44,462 bases of DNA from assembly GCF_001194135.2 (NCBI RefSeq), contig NC_068987.1, positions 67,067,332 through 67,111,793 of the forward strand, read 5' to 3'. The translations under genes and the position numbers were made by a program. Position 1 is the stretch's first letter; each line of letters starts with the position of its first letter. Under the pieces are notes generated by a model. The model saw only the letters and a list, made by a program, of their open reading frames with translations. It did no database searches and was not told the DNA's origin. Below are positions 12,801 through 23,325 of the stretch, piece after piece. Source of the DNA: Octopus bimaculoides. Its lineage: Eukaryota.

Positions 12801-14090
12801 TATCATCATCATCATGTGTCTGTGTTTCCTTGATTTGATATAGTGTGACAAATGTAAAATAAGCATCTTATCATATAAGCATTGTTCTTCATTTCCAGTC
12901 TTTTGTGAAATATATCCAACTATGGGGGAATATTACTTTCCTTGGAAACAGGTAGTTCACCTTGCCATAGAAAATCTGCCTTTACTTCTATCTGACCCAT
13001 GCAAGCATGGAAAGCGGATATTAAGAAGATGATATAGTAGTATTAGCAGATATCTTGGATATATACAAGGCCACAAATATGGGGAAAAGTTGCAGTTAAT
13101 TGTTATCAACCCCCAGTATTTGATTGGTATTTAAATGTTATGAGCTCCAGAAGGTTGAAATACAAAGTTCATTTGGTGTGATTTGAACTTAGAATGTAAA
13201 GAGCTGTATGTTGATACTGCAATACATTTTGTCTGATACACTTATAACTCCGCTGTTCCACTATTCCTGTAGATGTAAACTGTATACAATGTTTTTGTGT
13301 TTTAAGTCATTTCTTAAAGTTATGGCATCTAATATTTGCGGTTGGATGATTATTCGTTATTTGTAACTGCTACTCTGTTGAGTAAGAGCTGGACATCCTT
13401 CTTTTGTTAGTTGACCAACTGATGAAAGTAGTGACCATAATTAGATTTGAACTTATAACCATGTTGATTTCTGACTCTTTCTTTCTTTGAAATGCAGAGC
13501 ACCATTAAGGACATATAGCATACTAGCTTTCATCTCGGTAGCTACTATTGGATTGTCAAATTCTTCTATGGGTTATTTGAACTTCCCAACGCAACAGATT
13601 TTTAAGTCTTGCAAACTTATTCCAGTCATGATTGGTGGAATTATCATTCAAGGTAAGCAATTTTGTATTTTGTTTTTCCTAACTATTAATAGTAGAAACG
13701 TTTTCTGCTGTCATAAACTTTAATGATTATGATACTAGTGAGAGTTATGGTATCTGTAGCGTAAAAGTTATTATTTAACCTTGGTTCAATACTGATCGGG
13801 TAGAAAGATCATCAAAGACATGGATGGCAGGGTGAGTTTGGGTCTTTGAAAACATAGTTACAGATACATTATTTACATTTGACGGATATTTGTCCTCATC
13901 TTGTTTGTTAACACAATGTTTTGGCTGATATACTCTCCAGCCTTCATCAGGTGTCTTGGGGAAATACCCATGGGCATATGGCGTAGTGGTTAAGAGTGTG
14001 GGCTACTAACCCCAAGATTCCGAGTTTGATTCTAGGCTGTGACCTGAATAATAATAATAATAATAATAATNNNNNNNNNNTAGGCTGTGA

Positions 14091-14131
<41 letters not shown>

Positions 14132-17100
14132 TCGAAAAATGCCTTACGAATGAGAACCCAAGTTCAAAATTTCCCCAAGACACCTAATGAAGGCTGGAAG
14201 GTATATCAGCCGAAATGTGTTAACAACAAACAAGATGAGGACAAATATCTGTCAAATGTAAATAATGTACATAATTCTTCATCTCTTAAATACAGAACTG
14301 TATAGTTACAGATGTCAGATTGGCTTTGCATTGATGGTAGACCTAGCAGCCACATCTTCCTCAAATCCAGCCGACCATCGTAAGTGAAGAGACATAATCT
14401 CTTGACACTAATCTCTGATATACTAATCTCTGATATACAAAAAATTTCTAGTTGGGCTAAACAACAACAATGATTAAAGTAGTAATTGGTTATGTGGTTA
14501 AGAAGTTCACTTCTCAGCTACACGGCTTCAGATTCAATCCTGCTGTGTGACACTTTGGAAAGTGTCTTCTATAGCCCCAGCCTAATCAATACTTTGTGAT
14601 GTACTTTGGTCAACTGAAACTGAAAAGGACTGTTGTGAATATGTGTGTGTGTGTGTATGTAAATAGTTACAAAACTACACTGAGCTATGGTTACAGATGG
14701 TGATGTTATTCTTTGCAGCTCAGTTACAAGTAGTGAAGTCACTGTTTGATATTGGGCTGCTACCAATGATGATTGTTAGCACCTCCTGTCAACAAATCAT
14801 ATGCTAGTTCTGTACTTCTCAGTTCATTTGGAATAAAAAAAAAACAAAATCATTACTTGAAAAACAGATATGGATTGGTGACAAGAAATGCATTCAACAG
14901 TATAAATTCTTCCTCAGTTTCTTCCTTTCTAAGCCAACTTAGCGTGAGAAAAAAAACAAAAAAACACAAGTAATCAAATTGAATATTATTTAAAAAGCCT
15001 ATCATCATTGAGACTTATGAATATTTTTCTTTCAGGTAAACGCTATAGTTTCGTCGATGTCATTGCCTGCATTTCCATGTGTGTTGGACTGGCTCTCTTC
15101 ACCATAGCTGATAGTACAGTATCACCTAATTTCAATGTTTATGGTGAGTAAAGTATAGCTTGTATTTGTTGTTAAATTTACCAATATTTTAGAATAGACT
15201 CACAAAAGAAATATAGAAATAGTAGTTTGTTGTCTGGTTTAATACTATCACCTGGTTTTCGGATGCCTTTAGCTGAGTGAGCCATTTGGGTGGCAAGAGA
15301 ATGGCAAGAGTGACCTGGTTAAATAACTTTATTTAAACATGCGACTGTTGGAACTAGGAAAGAGTATTTGCTTTCATGTATCAGAGTAGTTCTTGGTTTT
15401 GTGTGAGGTGCATTATATATACATGCATGCATGTGTGGATGTTTACAAAACTACAATGAGCTATGGCTTTAGATGGTGATATTACTCTCTACTGCTCAGT
15501 TGTGGACTTTCATTCTCTTCAGGAAGAGGACTTCATTTTTTTTAAAGATCAAATTCCAATTTGATGTCCTTAATAGATGGTTGTTCTTTTGTTCATATCC
15601 AAATGTTACTTTTCTCAGTAGCAGTGTTAAAGGAATCATGCATAAAACAAATAGCAAAGGATACTCACTGACTGTTTGAAAAATCTTTCTTCTGATTCTT
15701 AAAGTTCATTGGTTCTGTCCAAATGATGTGAGTTCAGTTTCCCAACTTTCCATGCCTTTTCTCAAAAACTTCTTGACATCTTTTGCAATCACAAACATGT
15801 TCAGATTTTCATTGATCCATGAAATGTGGTATTTTGTCATAGGCCTAATTTTAATATTGGTTAGTGCAAAGTTAGATTTGCGAGAAAGTGGTTTTACTCC
15901 TTAACAGAGAAATTTGCTTGTTGAAACTTTTTACTAGACCTATCTTTAATAGGGCTGGCTCTAGTGAAGTTAGTGCAAATACACACTCCAGTACATTACA
16001 GATTGCCTGACATAGAATTTATTGTATTCTTAGACTAGATATATCACTGAATTCCCTTATTTTTGTGTTCTTGTTTAGTTCTTGGTCAGCTCCGCTTAAA
16101 TGTCATTCCAGTTGGGACCATCCTCTCTTTTATTTAGGCATAGTTTATCCGTGACTACATTATCCATTAAGATGGTAGGATCTGATTTGAGGATGAGTTG
16201 AAAAAGGATTTGTTTGTCCCTAATTAAGAGAAATTTTTTCATTAGTAATATGGAAATATTAATATCAGTTGACAAGGATGGTAAACTTGTGGAAGTAGTT
16301 GAGCTGGGAACAAAATACCTTACAATATTTAATTATGACCCTTTGTGTTTTGAGTTCAAATCTTGCTGATGTCAATTTCTAGCTGCCATCCTTCTAGCTA
16401 GTGTCAATAAAATAAGTGCCAATTGAAAACTGAAGTTGGTTTAATTGACTGTTATCTCTGCTTCCCCAAATGTGTAGCCTTGTATCAAAGTTAGACATTA
16501 ATATTAATCAGTAATGTTTCTTTTTTTAAAACTTTTTTTTGCAGGAATATTTATAATATTGTTGGCGTTGTGTGCAGATGCTGTGATTGGAAACGTGCAA
16601 GAGAAAGTATTGAAGAAGTTCAATTGTAGCAATATAGAAATGGTAAAAATAACCATTTATTAACTTTTAACCAGTTGTTGTTCCTGTTTAGCTCTAAGGT
16701 CACCTCTGATTGAACACACCTATGAGTAAAATATTTAATTACGATCCTCTGAATTTTTAGTTCAAATTCTGACAAAGACACTTTTTACTTGCCATTCTTC
16801 TGTAGTTAGTAAAATAAGCACCAATTGAGCTCTGGAGTTCAATTAACAAACTGTTGTTACTGATGAGCTAGAAATGAAGCTTTCACCCAGCAGCACAATT
16901 CCTTGAAGGCTATCATCTGAACTATGAGGGTTTGTTGCTATGCATTGCACATCTCTCAAGCTTTTCTGCATCTGATTCTTTTTTTTTTACCAGAAGGATC
17001 TCTAACCACCTTTGAGGAATTGTCTTTCACTCCACTTCTCAACTATGATGGATCAGTAAGCAGCACTCCTGTGGAGAAAGTGCCACCTTTTCTACCTACT

Positions 17101-20100
17101 TTATAAACACCTTCACACTACACATTATTGATAAATCCATTCCACTAGATTCACCACTATTCTCATGAAAACTATGCAAATATCTCCAGTTGCTTTGAAA
17201 CAACATGATTATTGGCCCTGGTAGTGTTTTATCTCCTAATCTCAATGTACCCCAAAGATAACTCCATTCACATAAAACTTTTCAATCTCTCTCTTTCTAC
17301 ATGCTTATATTCTGATCACTGGAAATATGGTTGTGTGTTCCATTACAAGAAGGACAGCCCTCTCACCCTACCATCTACCATTGTATTGCAATAACTTCTA
17401 TTATCTCAAAGGTTATTGAAATAATCATTTACAACAATCTTCTCAAATACCTCTCTTTCTCTCGCTCTCTCTTAAATGCCATACTGGTGGATCTAATAGA
17501 GACATACTATCAGTGTGCTTACTATTGTGCTTTCATTCTAGAAAAATTTAGTGAAGACTTTGTTGTTGCTATCAATATTAACAAAGCTTTTACCCATGTT
17601 TTAGATGAGGATCTCCTCTTGAACCCCACCTCTCTATGGGCTTCATCTGTTTCTCATCTCTTGGATCAGTGTCATGGTGGGTGCTAAGGAGCTCTATCTG
17701 ACATCTTCTATCACCTATAGTACATCTCATTATTTGGTTTTGTCCCCTACAGTCTCATTGAAGACATGAATAAACTACATTCTGTCATTGACAACAACAT
17801 ACACTCCTACACCGATGATAGTATCATTTATTCTTCCCTAAACTTCCGTATCACAATCTCAATGCTACCCAGACACTTCGTGCCAAATTATGCATTGTCT
17901 CTTAACAAAGACTTCACACATCTTCTCTTATAGGGTCATGGCAATTTTGTCTATTTTAACTGCTAAAATCACAACATTGCAAATATCAAGAAGCGATGTT
18001 GAGGGTAAACCATATTTGCTGGCAAAAGTGGTGCTGCATGAAACTAATGGTAGGCCTCTAATCAGTTAGGTGAGATGGTGGTGATGACAGTGGTTCTGAT
18101 GTGATGCGAAGGACAATAATGATTATGTTGGTGTAGATGTCTGTACAACATATGTATATTCATTTATATATTGTTCAGTTATACATGTAAGCTGATAAAA
18201 TACCTACAGTTTTCCATTTACTTTTAATGCAGGTTTTGTATTCCTGTTCCATTGGTTTCCTATACATACTCGTGGGATTAATAGTAACAGGCAACCTATT
18301 GCCTGCTGTTCATTTTTGCTCTGAGGTAAGTCAATAAACCACTACATCTTGGACAAATATAATATTACTTCTTTCATTTTCTTGATATTTTAAAATGTAT
18401 TGTTAAACTACTAGTAGATTGTAAATGGCTGAATTGTTAGTGTCAAACAAAATATATTCTATATAGTTACAGTTCTTTATGCTATGAATTCAAAATTTCA
18501 TTTTACACTTCATCTTACCATGGTTGATAAAATGAAATGCCAGTTAAATACTGACATTATTTCATTGGCTGCTATGTTGATCAAAGCAGTCATCCCTGGT
18601 TCAGAAAAACCAGTAATCTAGAAAAGCTTTGGAACCAAAGATTCTGGAAAATTGATGTTGTACCTCTATATGAATGAAAAAAGTGCACAAGTTTTGCTGC
18701 AAAGGCTTAGATTAACCCAAAGCTATGACAGATGATATCTAAGATTCTGCACTGTGGAACCTTGTGATTATGAATTCTTAACTGTTCACCTGTGCCTGCA
18801 CAGACATATCTGCACTCACTCACCCTTTCATTCACCCACTCAAACTTTCAGTCACTCACCTGCCCATTCTGTCATTCTTTCACTCATTCACCCACTCCTT
18901 CTTTCATTCATTCACTCCTTTGCTCCCTCCTTCATTCTCTCGCTCCTCCACTTACCCCTTCATTGATTTACTCCTTCATGCACTCACTCCTTCACTCATT
19001 CTCTCCTTCAATCACTTGCTCTAAGTGAAGGAGAAAGTGATTGAAATCACTCTCTCCTTCACTCTCACCTATTCACTCATTCCTTCACGCACTTGCTCTT
19101 TCAATCACTCTCTCTTTCATTCTCACCTCTTCACTCACTCACTCCTCTCACTTGCCACTTCCTTTACTCACTCCTTCATTTATTTGAAGTTGAAATTTTC
19201 TTCCATTGTGACTCAGACATGAGATAAGTTTGTTTGACAAGTTGAAGTACCAAACTCTGTACAACAACAAAAAGAAACCTCAGCTTCAATCAGAAATATA
19301 TACACTCTGTATATTTATTTTTCTTGTACAAGAATGTTGTTGACAGTGCCTCTGGACTGACTCATGTGCGGGCGACACATGAAATCTTTCGAGCGTGATC
19401 GATGCCAGTGCGCCTGAGTTGGCTCTTGTGAGGGGCCGTCGTAGGATTTTCGAGCGAGATCGTTGCCGGTGCCCCTGGACTGGCTCATGTGTGGGCGGCA
19501 CATGAAATCTTTCGAGCGAGATCGTTGCCAGTGCCCTTGGACTGGCTCTTGTGCGGGTGACACAAGAAATTTTTCGAACGAGACCGTTGCCAGTGCCCCT
19601 GGACTGGCTCATGTGCGGGTGACACATGAAATGCACCATTTTGGGCGCGACCATNNNNNNNNNNNNNNNNNNNNNNNNNNNNNNNNNNNNNNNNNNNNNN
19701 NNNNNNNNNNNNNNNNNNNNNNNNNNNNNNNNNNNNNNNNNNNNNNNNNNNNNNNNNNNNNNNNNNNNNNNNNNNNNNNNNNNNNNNNNNNNNNNNNNNN
19801 NNNNNNNNNNNNNNNNNNNNNNNNNNNNNNNNNNNNNNNNNNNNNNNNNNNNNNNNNNNNNNNNNNNNNNNNNNNNNNNNNNNNNNNNNNNNNNNNNNNN
19901 NNNNNNNNNNNNNNNNNNNNNNNNNNNNNNNNNNNNNNNNNNNNNNNNNNNNNNNNNNNNNNNNNNNNNNNNNNNNNNNNNNNNNNNNNNNNNNNNNNNN
20001 NNNNNNNNNNNNNNNNNNNNNNNNNNNNNNNNNNNNNNNNNNNNNNNNNNNNNNNNNNNNNNNNNNNNNNNNNNNNNNNNNNNNNNNNNNNNNNNNNNNN

Positions 20101-23100
20101 NNNNNNNNNNNNNNNNNNNNNNNNNNNNNNNNNNNNNNNNNNNNNNNNNNNNNNNNNNNNNNNNNNNNNNNNNNNNNNNNNNNNNNNNNNNNNNNNNNNN
20201 NNNNNNNNNNNNNNNNNNNNNNNNNNNNNNNNNNNNNNNNNNNNNNNNNNNNNNNNNNNNNNNNNNNNNNNNNNNNNNNNNNNNNNNNNNNNNNNNNNNN
20301 NNNNNNNNNNNNNNNNNNNNNNNNNNNNNNNNNNNNNNNNNNNNNNNNNNNNNNNNNNNNNNNNNNNNNNNNNNNNNNNNNNNNNNNNNNNNNNNNNNNN
20401 NNNNNNNNNNNNNNNNNNNNNNNNNNNNNNNNNNNNNNNNNNNNNNNNNNNNNNNNNNNNNCATCTTTTCCGTTGCTGGATACCTTGGACTTATTAGTGT
20501 TTTGACTCTTGTTAAGTCCTTTGGGGCTTTAGTTGCTGTCACAGGTGAGTTAACTTGGACTTTTTAAAAATTTTACTGAAGTTTAACTATATCCAATATT
20601 GAAACCTTATGACGTGGGAGAATGTATAATCTGAAATGAAGCATATAGTGAAGAATGAACAACATGTCTACACTGTCATCATCATTGTCATCATCGTCCT
20701 CATCATCGTCATCATCGTCATATAATTAACTGTTAAATACAAGTGCAAACTGGAGATGAGATCACATCTTTGGGGAGCAAGCTTTCCAACCATGGGGTCT
20801 TGGATTCAGTCCTGCTGAGTGGTACCTTTGGAAAATATTTTTTACTATAGCCCTTGGCTGACGAAAATCCTTGTGAATGCATTTGGTGGATGGTAAAAGA
20901 AAGTAGTCTGTCATGTGTGTGTGTGTGTGTGTACATATATCATCATCATCATCGTTTAACATCTGCTTTCCATGCTAGCATGGGTTGGACGATTTGACTG
21001 AGGACTGGCAAGCCAGAAGGCTGCACCAGGCTCCAATCTGATCTGATAGAGTTTCTACAGCTGGATGCCCTTCCTAACGCCAACCACTCCGAGAGTGTAG
21101 TGGGTGCTTTTGCGTGCCACCGGCACAAAGGCCAGTCACACGGTACTGGCAACGGCCACGCTCAGAAAAGTGTTTTTTACATGCCACCTGCACAGGAGCC
21201 AGTCCAGCTGCACTGGCAACGACCTCACTCAAATGTTTTTCTAATGTGCCACCAGCACAAGTGCTAGAAGGCAATGCTGGTAACGATTACACTCAAATGG
21301 TGCTATTTACTGGCCATCCCCACCATCTCTTGACAACTGGTGTTTGTTTGTTTATGTCCTTGTAACTAAGTGGGTTCAACTAAAGAGAATGACAGACTAA
21401 GAACCAAACTTATGAAGTATAAATACTAGGGTCAGTTTGTTCGACTAAACCCTTTAAGGTTCTGCCCTAGCATGGCTGCAGTCTGATTACTAAAATAAGT
21501 GAAAGATGAGTGACTATATGGTTGTGTGGGGAAGAAGTTCATTTCACAATGATGTGTGGCGTCTTGCACATGAGTCTTCTATATTCTACAATAGTCATGG
21601 ATCAACCAAAGACCTGTTAGTGAAATATAGTAAACAGAAACAGTGTGGAAGTCCCTTTCACGGACTATTCTTATTTTGAGTGGTAGACTTAATTCATTAA
21701 TTGGTTTAACTATTCCATATTGTCTTTGGTTGCCTTTAATGAGTTCACTCTGGTGTAATCCTTCAGTCTAGATGTCCAGTGGGAGAATAACCTCCTCTCC
21801 ACTTCCTCTCCATCATGGAGGCTCTAAAATATTGTCTGACTGCTGCTTTTCCTTCTTTGGCTAAGCTAAAAAGCACCCATGCTGCTGCCACATAAAAAGC
21901 ACTCGTGCAAGTGCATTTAATAAGCACTCATGCTGGTGCTACATGTAAAGCACCTTTGTTGGTGCCACATAAAAAGCACCCACTATACTCTGTAAAATTG
22001 GTTGGTGTTAGGAAGGGCATCCAGCTGTAGAAACCATGCTAAAACTGACAATTGAAGCCTGGTGCAGCTCCTGTCAAACTGTCTAACCCATGGAAAATGG
22101 ACGGTGAATGATGATGATGATGACAATAATGGTTTTATACTCTCAGAATTTTCAGTCATATTTGTTACACAAGAACTGATCAGATAATGCCTCCCATGTG
22201 GCAACGTATTTTGCACTGCATTGGTAGAACAGACTTGTGTCTGGCTTATTTAATGTGACAGATCCTGTGGGTTACTCTCAACATTTTCTGTCTGCATCTT
22301 CCATGTCTACATGAGCAGATCTAACTGGGAAGTTTGTCAATATTGCTATTGATGTTGTGGTTGTTTAGCCCTAGGACAAAAACGACCCCCTTTGGTCATG
22401 AATGATCTTGGGATTGTACCTAGAAAATTCCCCTCCAAAGCACACAAGTCCAGGCAAGGTTGTTTATAGAAGACCAACAGTCACTCATGCATACCAGCCT
22501 CCCCTTTCCATGCCACCAATGTTATCCAAGGGAAAGGCAAAGACCGATACAGCTTGGCATAAGTGATGTTGGAACTTATTTCTACTGTTGAATGAACTGG
22601 AGCAATGTGAAATAAAGGGTTTTACTCAAGAACACAGCACACAGCCCAGTCTAGGAATTGAACTCACTATCTTATGATTGTGAGCCCAACACTCTAATCA
22701 CTGAGCCATACCCCCTCACTAAGGACAGCAAACCTATGATTAAAGTTATTCTAGCCTAACTGTTCCATTTAAGACCACATTATCTAAGGCTACTTACTTT
22801 TAAACAGTGGCTTGTGAGTTGAAAGATATTTGGCTGCTAATTTTAGTATGTCAGGTGACTATGTGGAAACTTTCTTTCATTGGCTCATTACAACAGTGTG
22901 TGTATGTGTGTGTGTCTCTCTCACTCTGTTTTGTGTCTAAAATTACCTGAAAAATCATTTGTGGTCTTCTGGTCTGTTAACTTCTCTCTCTTTTAACCCT
23001 TTTGTGACTATCCCACTTGAAACTGTTCTTAGTTTTATGGTTGAGCCTTCTTGCATTAAAGTGATCTAAAACAAAATCTTACATCAAAATTTCATGTTAA

Positions 23101-23291
23101 TTTATGTTCCAAACACCAGCTTAATACTGACAGTTATTTTAATAAATTCATTATTTTCAAAATTAAATGAAACATAGGCAGTGTGTTTCAACAGCAATAT
23201 GGTGATGAAAGAGTTATATGCTATTTGATGTAAATGCTTACTGAAATTCTGAACATAATTTTCTTGTATGGGTAATATAAAGCACTTACAT

Positions 23292-23325
<34 letters not shown>

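Larger units (their letters stand above)
13866..14301 (+). mobile_element. Non-autonomous retroelement: inverted 100-bp arm + tRNA-like head + (AAT)n + tail; 12-bp TSD; Penelope-like hammerhead-bearing ends
   Basis: ATAGTTACAGAT at 13854-13865 and 14302-14313. Arms 13866-13965 and 14169-14268 are inverted copies. A box TGGCGTAGTGG at 13979-13989, B-box-like GAGTTTGATTC at 14022-14032. Confidence 0.8.

Noticed and set aside
13979-14046. Functional tRNA gene (also heads of families A, B and F)
   Set aside because: A and B boxes are present but there is no complete cloverleaf, and each is embedded in a dispersed repeat.
16845-16900. CTGATGA with a possible stem I (ctgttg/cagcag)
   Set aside because: The GAAA half of the core is missing after the 3-bp stem; at best a dead relic.
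19340-19632. CRISPR-like appearance of the 61-bp and 27-bp arrays
   Set aside because: Contiguous tandem units with no unique spacers, no cas genes, and a eukaryotic context.
19286-20567. 313-418-aa ORFs
   Set aside because: They run through the 807-N gap; only the IFSVAGY...VAVT part is a real exon.
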